Notes under the pieces: model-generated
The model's database searches: none
Told to the model about the DNA's origin: nothing
Seen by the model: only the letters and a program-made list of their open reading frames with translations
Origin: Basidiobolus meristosporus CBS 931.73
Lineage: Eukaryota; Fungi; Basidiobolomycota
Reading direction: 5' to 3'
Assembly (NCBI GenBank): GCA_002104905.1
Contig: MCFE01000258.1
Coordinates: 47,644 to 111,643 of the forward strand
DNA length: 64,000 nt
Translations under genes and position numbers: made by a program
Shown here: positions 33,301 to 45,300 of the stretch, piece by piece
Layout of the letters: every line of letters starts with the position of its first letter
Position numbering within the stretch: position 1 is the first letter of the stretch

Positions 33301-36300
33301 TGAGGAAGAGTAACATCAACCGAGCCAACTGTGACAGTAACAGTGGGCTCAATGAGGGTAATGTCAATAGAGCTAACTGGCCGGACTGTCACCTCCTTCG
33401 AGGGCGGTACAGTTACTGAGTGGTCAACGGTCGCAGGCTTCTCAGTAACTGTGATCGTGGGCTCAGTTACAGTAACTTCTACTGAGCTGACCGGCCGGAT
33501 GGTCACTCCCTCTGACGGTCTCACAGTCACAGAGTGTTCAACAGTAGCTGGCTTTTCAGTGACAGTAACAGTGGGTTCAGTGAGAGTGATGGCAATAGAG
33601 CTAACTGGCCGGACTGTCACCTCCTTCGAGGGCCGTACAGTTACTGAGTGCTCAACGGTCGCAGGCTTCTCAGTAACTGTGATCGTGGGCTCAGTTACAG
33701 TAACTTCTACTGAGCTGATCGGTCGGATGGTTACTCCCTCTGACGGTCTCACAGTCACGGAGTGTTCAACAGTAGCTGGTTTTTCAGTGACAGTTACAGT
33801 GGGCTCAGTGAGGGTAATGTCAATAGAGCTAACTGGCTGAATAGTCACTTCCCTCGAGGGCCGTACAGTAACTGAGTGCTCAGCAGTAGCTGGCTTCTCG
33901 GTGACAGTGACGGTTGGCTGAGTAATAGTAATATCTACTGAGCTGACTGGCCGGACTGTCACCTCCTTCGAGGGCCGTACAGTCACTGAGTGCTCAACGG
34001 TCGCAGGCTTCTCAGTGACTGTGATCGTGGGCTCAGTTACAGTAACTTCTACTGAGCTGACCGGCCGGATGGTCACTCCCTCTGACGGTCTCACAGTCAC
34101 GGAGTGTTCAACAGTAGCTGGCTTTTCAGTGACAGTAACAGTGGGTTCAGTGAGAGTGATGGCAATAGAGCTAACTGGCTGAATGGTCACCTCCTTCGAG
34201 GGCTGTACAGTTACTGAGTGCTCAACGGTCGCAGGCTTCTCAGTAACTGTGATCGTGGGCTCAGTTACAGTAACTTCTACTGAGCTGATCGGTCGGATGG
34301 TTACTCCCTCTGACGGTCTCACAGTCACGGAGTGTTCAACAGTAGCTGGTTTTTCAGTGACAGTAACAGTGGGCTCAGTGAGGGTAATGTCAATAGAGCT
34401 AACTGGCTGAATGGTCACTTCCCTCGAGGGCCGTACAGTAACTGAGTGCTCAGCAGTAGCTGGCTTCTCGGTGACAGTGATGGTTGGCTGAGTAAGAGTA
34501 ATATCTACTGAGCTGACTGGCCGGACTGTCACCTCCTTCGAGGGCCGTACAGTTACTGAGTGGTCAACGGTCGCAGGCTTTTCAGTAACTGTGATCGTGG
34601 GCTCAGTTACAGTAACTTCTACTGAGCTGATCGGTCGGATGGTTACTCCCTCTGACGGTCTCACAGCCACGGAGTGTTCAACAGTAGCTGGTTTTTCAGT
34701 GACAGTTACAGTGGGCTCAGTGAGAGTGATGGCAATAGAGCTAACTGGCTGAATGGTCACTTCCCTCGAGGGCCGTACAGTAACTGAGTGCTCAACAGTA
34801 GCTGGCTTCTCAGTGACAGTGACGGTTGGCTGAGTAATAGTAATATCTACTGAGCTGACTGGCCGGACTGTCACCTCCTTCGAGGGCCGTACAGTCACTG
34901 AGTGCTCAACGGTCGCAGGCTTCTCAGTGACTGTGATCGTGGGCTCAGTTACAGTAACTTCTACTGAGCTGACCGGCCGGATGGTTACTCCCTCTGACGG
35001 TCTCACAGTCACGGAGTGTTCAACAGTAGCTGGCTTTTCAGTGACTGTAACAGTGGGTTCAGTGAGAGTGATGGCAATAGAGCTAACTGGCTGAATGGTC
35101 ACCTCCTTCGAGGGCCGTACAGTTAACGAGTGCTCAACGGTCGCAGGCTTCTCAGTAACAGTGATCGTGGGCTCAGTTACAGTAACTTCTACTGAGCTGA
35201 CCGGCCGGATGGTTACTCCCTCTGACGGTCTCACAGTCACGGAGTGTTCAACAGTAGCTGGCTTTTCAGTGACAGTAACAGTGGGTTCAGTGAGAGTGAT
35301 GGCAATAGAGCTAACTGGCTGAATGGTCACCTCCTTCGAGGGCCGTACAGTTAACGAGTGCTCAACGGTCGCAGGCTTCTCAGTAACTGTGATCGTGGGC
35401 TCAGTTATAGTAACTTCTACTGAGCTGACCGGTCGGATGGTTACTCCCTCTGACGGTCTCACAGTCACGGAGTGTTCAACAGTAGCTGGCTTTTCAGTGA
35501 CAGTAACAGTGGGTTCAGTGAGAGTGATGGCAATTGAGCTAACCGGCTGAATGGTCACTTCCCTCGAGGGCCGTACAGTAACTGAGTGCTCAGCAGTAGC
35601 TGGCTTCTCGGTGACAGTGATGGTGGGCTGAGTAAGTGTAATATCTACTGAGCTGACTGGCCGGACTGTCACCTCCTTCGAGGGCCGTACAGTCACTGAG
35701 TGCTCAACGGTCGCAGGCTTTTCAGTAACAGTGATCGTGGGCTCAGTAAGAGTAACCTCAACTGATGTTACAGGTTTCACTGTAATTTCATTTGAAGGGC
35801 TTACTATGATCGAATGAGCAACGGTGACTGTTTTTTCGGTGACCGTGTTGGTAGGCTCAGTCAGAGTCACATCTACAGAAGTGACAGGCTGAATGGTGAT
35901 CTCTTTCGAAGGTCTTTGAATTATGGAGCGATCAAGAGTTTTGATTTTCTTGGTGACGGTAATTGTGGGCTCCGTAAACGTAAGTTCGACTGATGTCACT
36001 GGGGTCAAGGTAACTTCTTTTGACGGCCTAATAGTTACATGATGATCTACGGTAATAGTGGGCTCCGTAACAGTAACTGTAGGCTCAGTAGTGGTTACAT
36101 CAACCGAAGCAACTGGTCTCAAAGTGACCGATGCTGAGGGTCTGACAATGGATGATTGATAAATCGTAGTCATTTTCTCAGTTACGGTTATCCTTGGTTC
36201 GGTGACAGTGATATCTACAGATGTGACTGGGTTCAAGGTCACATTCTCTGAAGGCCTGAGGGTAATCGATTGATATAAAGTAGTAGTAGGTTCAGTAATT

Positions 36301-39300
36301 GTCACAGCAGGCTCTGTAACAGTTACTTCAACGGAGGTAACTGGTTTCACAGTAATGGATTCTGAAGGTTTAAATGTTACCGAGTGTTTGACAATGTGGG
36401 TTGGCTCCGTCACAGTAACAGTAGGCTCAGTCAAGGTCACTTGAACAGAAACGATAGGTGTGAGGGTAACATCTTTTGATGGCTTGAAGGTAACAGAGGG
36501 ATCTACTGTAACAGTAGGTTCTGTTATGGTCAGAGCTGGTTCAGATACAGTTACTTCCACAGAGACGACAGGTTTCAAGGTAACGGTACTGGGAGGCTTG
36601 AGAGTTACCGTAGCATCTGTGATAGTAACAGTGGGCTGCGTCATTGTTACTTCTTTCGGTGGTGTTGCCGTTACCTCAGTTGAGGAGCCTTTATGAGTTG
36701 CGAATTTGCTTGACTCTCTCTGACTGGCAGATTTGTGAATAGATTCGCTATGGGTCTTTTTTACTGAGGATTCAGTAGCAGGGATAGAGTGATGTGACTC
36801 CTCGTGCTTATTAGATGTATGAGCTAACATATCAGCACTCTTGTTATCTGACTCGGTAACCTTATGTGAAATCGAAGACTTCCCATGCTTGCTTACTGAC
36901 TTGAAAGAAGATTCAGTAGTGTGAGTAGACTGAGCGTAGTGGGCGGAATGTGATAGTTCCGCATGCTTGCTTGCAGATTTGCGAGTAGACTGGCCAGAGC
37001 TCTTCTTGGATATAGATCCGGTAGAGTGGACAGAGTTGGAGGTTTTAGATGCCTTATTGGAGTTCGAAGATCCCTCGGCCTTACTAGAAACCTTAGGGAC
37101 AGACCCACTATAGCCCTTCTCAGATGGTGACTCAGTAGGCTTACTTGATATCATAGATTCCCCATGCTTGCTGACAGAGTGGTGAGCAGACTCACTCGAG
37201 AACCTATCTGCAGAAGATTCGCTGGTGTGGGTAGACTCAGAGTGGTGGGTGGAATGTGAAGATTCCTCATGCTCACTCTTAGATTTGTAGGCGGACTTGC
37301 TAGAACCCACCTTGGCCGAAGGTACGGTATGGTGGACAAAGTTGGAGGTTTCAGCAGCCTTATGCGAGATAGATGCTTCCCCATGCTTGCTTACTGACTC
37401 ATGAGTAGATTCGCTTGGGGTTTTGTCCGCAGAAGATTCAGTGATATGAGTAGAGCCAGCTTGGTGGGTGGAATGGGAGGATTCCTTATACTCGCTGACA
37501 GATTTATGGGCAGACTCACTGGAGCTCCTCTCGGAGGATGAATTAGCGGGGTGAATAGAGCTGAAGGATTCAGTGACCTTATGAGAGGTCAATGGCGCAT
37601 CATTCTTAGTAGCTGACTTGTGAGCAGATTCACTTCGAGCCTTGTGCGCAGAGACCTTGGAATGGTGGGTGGAATGTGAGGATTCCTCATGCTTGCTGAC
37701 AAATTTGTGAGCAGGCTCGCTGGAGCTCCTCTTGGCTGACGACCCGGTAGAGTGAACAGAGTTGGGAGTTTTAATTGCCTTAGGCGAAGTTGAAGGCTCC
37801 TCCGCCTTGCTAGAAGCCTTACGGACAGATCCAATAGAGCTCTTCTTGGCCGATGACTCAGTAGGCTTATGTCGGATCGTAGATTCCTTGGACTTGCTGA
37901 CAGATTTGTAGGTAGACTCACTTTGGCTCTTGTCCATGTAGGATTTAGTGTGGTGAATGGAATGTGCAGACTCCTCATGCTTGCTCACGGACTCATGAGT
38001 AGACTCGCTGAAGCTCTTCTTGGCTGAAGACCCAGTAGGATGAATAGATTTGGAAGTCTCAGTTGCCACATGAGATATCGATGATTCTTCATGCTTACTA
38101 GCAGGCTTGGCGACAGAATCAATTGAGCTGCGCTTGGCCCATGATTCAGTAGGCTTATGTGAGGTCGTAAATTCCTCAGACTTGCTGACAGATTTGTGGG
38201 CAGACTCACTTTGGCTCTTGTCCATAGAGGATTCAACCTGGTGGGTAGAACGTGTAGGTTCCTCATGCGTGCTCACATGTTTGTCAGTAGATTCACTGGA
38301 GCTCTTCTTAGCTGAAGCATCGGTAGGATGAACAGAGTTGGAAGCTTCAGTTGCCTTATGAGAGATCGATGATCCCTCATGCTTACTAACTGATTTGTGA
38401 GCAGATCCACTAGATGCCTTTTCCGTCGAGGATTTAGTAGTGTGAGTGGACTTCGTGTGCTGAGTGGAATGTGAGGATTCTTCGGGCTCGCTTTTGGATT
38501 TGTGAGCAATCCTACTAATGCTCTTAGCTGAAGTTCCAGTAGGGTGCACGGAGGTGGGCCCTTCAGTAGCTTTACTAGAGATCGACGACTCCGCATGCTT
38601 ACTTGTAGTCTTGTGAGCAGGCTCGTTAGAGCTCTTCTTGATCGACGCCTCAGTAAGTTTATACGAGGTCACCGATTCCTCAGACTTGCTTACTGATCTG
38701 TGGGCAGGATTGCTGGGGGTCTTCTTAGCTGAAGAACCAATCGAGTGGGTGGACTCGATGCGATGAGTAGAGCGTGAAGATTCTAAATGCTTGCCGGGAG
38801 ATTTGTGAGCAGGCTCACTGGAAGCTTTCTTGGCTGAAGTTCCAATGCGGTGGATAGAGCGAGATGATTCGGTCGCCTCATTGGAGATGGGTGATTTCGC
38901 GGACTTGCTAACATTCACATGAACGGACTCGGTGGGAGTTTTCTCAGCGGATGGCCCGGTGCGGAGAGTCAAATGGGAAGTAACCTTGGACTTTCTTAGA
39001 GATGAGTGTTCAGTAGGATGGGTCTTTGCGGCGGACTCAGTAGGGTGAGAAGAGTGAGATAATTCACCACGTGAGGATTCCTCTCGCTTGCTGGATGACT
39101 TGCTGTCCGTGGCCTGATGGGATATCGATGATTCCGCATGCTTGTTCGTAGCCTTGTGTTCAGTCTCATTGGTGGTCTTTGTGGTGGAGGGCTTAGCTGG
39201 CCAATAGGAGACAGATGATTCCTTAGGCTTGCTAACAGACTTGTGAGCAGATCTACTGGGTGTCTCTTCCGCTGAAGCTTCAGTGGCGTGAGTAGACTTG

Positions 39301-42300
39301 GCGGCCTTGCCAGAAACCTTACGGACAGACCCACCAGAGCTCTTCTTGGCCGATGACTCGGTAGGCTTATGCGAGGACGTAGATTCCTCAGACTTGCTGA
39401 CAGACTTGGGGGCAGACTCTCTCGGAGTCTTGTCCCTTGACGATTCAGCGTGGCGGGTAGAATGTGAAAAGTTTTCATGTTTGCTTACAGATTTGTGAGC
39501 CGACACGCTAGAGCTCTGCTTAGCAGACGATTTAGCGGGGTGGACAGCATTGGAAATTTTAGTTGTCTTGTGGAAAATCGATTGCTTCTTGTGTTCACTA
39601 GCAGTCTTAGTGACAGGCCCACTTGAGCTCCTCTTAACCGATGACTCAGAAGGCTTATGTGAGATATTGGATTCTTCAGACTTGCTGACAGATTTGTAGG
39701 TAGACTCACTTTGGCTCTTGTCCATGTAGGATTTAGTGTGGTGAATGGAATGTGCAGACTCCTCATGCTTGCTCACGGACTCATGAGTAGATTTGCTGGA
39801 GCTCTTCTTAGCTGAAGACCCAGTAGGATGAATAGATTTGGAAGTCTCAGTTGCCACATGAGATATCGATGATTCTTCATGCTTACTAGCAGGCTTGGCG
39901 ACAGAATCAATTGAGCTGCGCTTGGCCCATGATTCAGTAGGCTTATGTGAGGTCGTAAATTCCTCAGACTTGCTGACAGATTTGTGGGCAGACTCACTTT
40001 GGCTCTTGTCCATAGAGGATTCAACCTGGTGGGTAGAACGTGTAGGTTCCTCATGCGTGCTCACATGTTTGTCAGTAGATTCACTGGAGCTCTTCTTAGC
40101 TGAAGCATCGGTAGGATGAACAGAGTTGGAAGTTTCGGTTGCCTTATGAGAGATCGATGATCCCTCATGCTTACTAACTGATTTGTGAGCAGATCCACTA
40201 GATGCCTTTTCCGTCGAGGATTTAGTAGTGTGAGTGGACATCTTGTGCTGAGTGGTATGTGAGGATTCTTCGGGCTCGCTTTTGGATTTGTGAGCAATCC
40301 TACTAATGCTCTTAGCTGAAGTTCCAGTAGGGTGCACGGAGGTGGGCCCTTCAGTAGCTTTACTAGAGATCGATGACTCCGCATGCTTACTTGTAGTCTT
40401 GTGAGCAGGCTCGTTAGAGCTCTTCTTGATCGACGCCTCAGTAGGCTTATTCGAGGTCACCGATTCCTCAGACTTGCTTACTGATCTGTGGGCAGGATTG
40501 TTGGGGGTCTTCTGTGCTGAGGATTCAGTAGGATAGAGGGAACGAGACGAATCAATGGCCATGTGTGTGTTTGATGATTCTTCGTGCTTGCTAATTGACT
40601 TCTGAGCAGATTCACCAGAGGTCTTCCTAGCTGAAGAACCAATCGAGTGGGTGGACTCGATGCGATGAGTAGAGCGTGGAGATTCCAAATGCTTGCCGGG
40701 AGATTTGTGAGCAGGCTCACTGGAAGCTTTCTTGGCTGAAGTTCCAATGCGGTGGATAGAGCGAGATGATTCGGTCGCCTCATTGGAGATGGGTGATTTC
40801 TCGGACTTGCTAACATTCACATGAACGGACTCGGTGGGAGTTTTCTCAGCGGATGGCCCGGTGCGGCGAGTGAAATGGGAAGTAACCTTGGACTTTCTTA
40901 GAGATGAGTGTTCAGTAGGATGGGTCTTTGCGGCGGACTCAGTAGGGTGAGAAGAGTGAGATAATTCACCACGTGAGGATTCCTCTCGCTTGCTGGATGA
41001 CTTGCTGTCCGTGGCCTGATGGGATATCGATGATTCCGCATGCTTGTTCATAGCCTTGTGTTCAGTCTCATTGGTGCTCTTTGTGGTGGAGGACTCAGCT
41101 GGCCTATAGGAGACAGATGATTCCTTAGGCTTGCTAACAGACTTGTGAGCAGATCTACTGGGTGTCTCTTCCGCTGAAGCTTCAGTGGCGTGAGTAGACT
41201 TGGCGGCCTTGCCAGAAACCTTACGGACAGACCCACCAGAGCTCTTCTTAGCCGATGCCTCGGTAGGCTTATGCGAGATCGTAGATTCCTCCGACCTGCG
41301 GACAGATTTGTGGGCAGACTCTCTTGGAGTCTTGTCCCTTGACGATTCAGCGTGGCGGGTAGAATGTGATAAGTTTCCATGTTTGCTTACAGATTTGTGA
41401 GCCGACACGCTAGAGCTCTGCTTAGCAGACGATTTAGCGGGGTGGACAGGATTCGAAATTTTAGTTGTCTTGTGGAAAATCGATTGCTTCTTGTGTTCAC
41501 TAGCAGTCTTAGTGACAGGCCCACTTGAGCTCCTCTTAACCGATGACTCAGAAGGCTTATGTGAGATCTTGGATTCTTCAGACTTGCTGACAGATTTGTA
41601 GGTAGACTCACTTTGGCTCTTGTCCATGGAGGATTTAGTGTGGTGAATGGAATATGCAGACTCCTCATGCTTGCTCACGGACTCATGAGTAGACTCGCTG
41701 AAGCTCTTCTTGGCTGAAGACCCAGTAGGATGAATAGATTTGGAAGTTTCAGTTGCCACATGAGATATCGATGATTCTTCATGCTTACTAGCAGGCTTGG
41801 CGACAGAATCAATTGAGCTGCGCTTGGCCCATGATTCAGTAGGCTTATGTGAGGTGGTAAATTCCTCAGACTTGCTGACAGATTTGTGGGCAGACTCACT
41901 TTGGCTCTTGTCCATAGAGGATTCAACCTGGTGGGTAGAACGTGTAGGTTCCTTATGCGTGCTCACATGTTTGTCAGTAGATTCACTGGAGCTCTTCTTA
42001 GCTGAAGCATCGGTAGGATGAACAGAGTTGGAAGCTTCAGTTGCCTTATGAGAGATCGATGATCCCTCATGCTTACTAACTGATTTGTGAGCAGATCCAC
42101 TAGATGCCTTTTCCGTCGAGGATTTAGTACTGTGAGTGGACTTCGTGTGCTGAGTGGAATGTGAGGATTCTTCGGGCTCGCCTTTAGATTTGTGAGTAAA
42201 CCCACTAATGCTCTTAGCTGAGGCTCCAGTAGGGTGCACGGAGGTGGGCCCTTCAGTAGCTTTACTAGAGATCGACGACTCCGCATGCTTACTTGTAGTC

Positions 42301-45300
42301 TTGTGAGCAGGCTCGTTAGAGCTCTTCTTGATCGGCACCTCAGTTGGCTTATTCGAGGTCACCGATTCCTCAGACTTGCTTACTGATCTGTGGGCAGGAT
42401 TGCTGGGGGTCTTCTGTGCTGAGGATTCAGTAGGATAGAGGGAACGAGACGAATCAATGGCCATGTGTGTGTTTGATGATTCCTCGTGCTTGCTAATTGA
42501 CTTCTGAGCAGATTCACCAGAGGTCTTCTTAGCTGAAGAACCAATCGAGTGGGTAGACTCTATGCGATGAGTAGAGCGTGAAGATTCCAAATGCTTGCCG
42601 GGAGATTTGTGAGCAGGCTCACTGGAAGCTTTCTTGACTGAAGTTCCAATGCGGTGGATAGAGCGAGATGATTCAGTCGCCTCATTGGAGATGGATGATT
42701 TCGCGGACTTGCTAACATTCACATGAACGGACTCGGTGGGAGTTTTCTCTGCGGATGGCCCGGTGCGGCGAGTGAAATGGGAAGTAACCTTGGACTTTCT
42801 TAGAGATGAGTGTTCAGTAGGATGGGTCTTTGCGGCGGACTCTGTAGGGTGAGAAGAGTGAGATAATTCACCACGTGAGGATTCCTCTTGCTTGCTGGAT
42901 GACTTGCTGTCCGTGGCCTGATGGGATATCGAAGAATCCGCATGCTTGTTCGTAGCCTTGTGTTCAGTCTCATTGGTAGTCTTTGTGGTGGAGGGCTCAG
43001 CTGGCCTATAGGAGACAGATGATTCCTTAGGCTTGCTAACAGACTTGTGGGCAGATCTAATGGGTGTCTCTTCCGCTGAAGCTCCAGTGGCGTGAGTAGA
43101 CTTGGCGGCCTTGCCAGAAACCTTACGGACAGACCCACCAGAGCTCTTCTTGGCCGATGACTCGGTAGGCTTATGCGAGATCGTAGATTCCTCAGACTTG
43201 CTGACAGACTTGGGGGCAGACTCTCTTGGAGTCTTGTCCCTTGACGATTCAGCGTGGCGAGCAGAACGTGCAGGTTCCTCATGCTTGCTCACAGGTTTGT
43301 TAGCAGATTTACTGGAGTTCTTCTTAGCTGAAGCATCAGTAGGGTGAACAGAGTCGGAAGTTTCAGCTGCCTCATGTGGGATCGTTGACTCCGCCTGCTT
43401 ACTAACGGACTTATGAACAGATTCCCTGGATGCCTTTGTAGCAAATGGTTGAGCAGGGAAAGAATGGAGCGAGTCATTGGCCTTATGAGAGATCGATGGC
43501 TCCTCATTCTTGCGAACTGATTCGTGAGCAGATTTACCAGGGGTCTTTTCCGGTGAAGATTCTGTACGGCGGTTAGGATGTGATGGTTCATTGTGTTTGC
43601 CGGTATGCTTATGAGCCGACTCATTAGGACCCACCATTGAGGATATAGTGATAATATGAGTGAGGGAAGATTCTGCATCTCTACTAACGGACTTATGTGT
43701 GGGTAAAGTCGGATTCTTCACCGATGATTTGGTAGGGTGGACGGAATGAGAAGTTTCCACGTCTGAGGTTCTTTCAATAGACGGATCAGTAGAATGCGTC
43801 TTCGTTATAAAGGAATCTGCGTGTTCAGTACGGTGAGATGATTCGGCAGCCTTATGAGAGATGGATGACTTCTTTTTCTTATCGGCGGCCCCATGGGTAG
43901 ATTTACTAGGGCTTTTCTTGACTGAAGAATTAGGAGGCTTATAAGCAGACCTAACGGATGTCCTCTTGATTGGGCACTTTGTAGGACGAGCAAACCGGGA
44001 ATATCTAGTAGGTTTATGGAAGATTGATGATACACCATTCTTGCCTGCAGCCCTATGATCTGGCTTGCTGGAGTTCTTTTTGGCTGTAGTCGCGGTGGGC
44101 TTATAAGAGATTGATGATTCCCTGTGCTTGCTGGACGACTTATTGTCAGTGATCATATTGGATGTAGATGATTCCGCATGCTTGTTAGCAGCCTTGTGGT
44201 CAGACTCGGTGGTGGTCTTTTTGGTGGAGGACCTTTTTAGTGTATTGGAGATGGATGATTCCTCATGCTTGCTAACTGACTTCCTAACGCGTTCACTGGA
44301 GGTCTTCTGTGCTGAAGATCCAGTGGTGTGAGTGGACTTATTGAGGTGGTTGGAATACGAATAATCCTCGGATTTAGTTGGCTGATTGTATTTTGAGTGG
44401 TTCACAGACTTGTTGGCTGATTTGCTGCTAGTTGTATCGCTGCTCTTCTGTATTGAAAAATGTGAGCGAGTCGCATCTCCCGATGGCAAAAACGAGCTGG
44501 CATTATCGGATTTATCGTTCAAGGAATGGCTAGGTTGCATAGTAAATCGAGATTGGCTATGTGTCGAGGACCCTGTTACCTGCAAAGACCTGTGCCATCC
44601 AGACATAGCGGATCTTTGTGTGTTTTTTCCGGCACATGCTGGGCCGAATCTCGTCGTTCGACAAACCTGATTGGCATTACACTGGTATTTTCTTATCTTA
44701 CCATGTATGCAAGCGTTGATTATTCCACTACGACCTTCATTTTCACAGGTGGTTTTTTTACATGTTGGAGGTTCATTGGTGCTACTAACGGAGCTGATAG
44801 GTCGCACATCAATAGATAGCGACGTGGAAGATGCTAATGGTAGCGATGGTACTGATGATAGTATTGGCGATTGTGAAGATGAAGGCGAAGATGCTGATGG
44901 CAGTACACCAGCAACCTGCAAAATGCACTCTATTCCCATCCATTGCAAATCGTCATTAACCCAATTTATACAGAGCGCACCTGTGTCGCATCCAAACGGC
45001 TTCATTTCTCCATTGATGCACTTCTTAAACAGCCTTCCGTACCCTGGCTCTGTACATTCATACTCCGCAGGGCAGTTATTTACAGCGGTTACAGTCACCG
45101 TGGCCACTATACTGGATTCAGCATGAGTGACTACTTTGGTCTGCTGTATCACGCTTCCAGTTACTCTTTCCATGATGCACCGGCCGTATTTACAAGTGGT
45201 TCCTGGTGGACATGAGGTCTTTATCCACTTTCCTTGTATGGAGCAAAACTTGTATGTGCTATGATCAATGCACGTTCCGGGGCCTGGTTGGCACTCTGCA

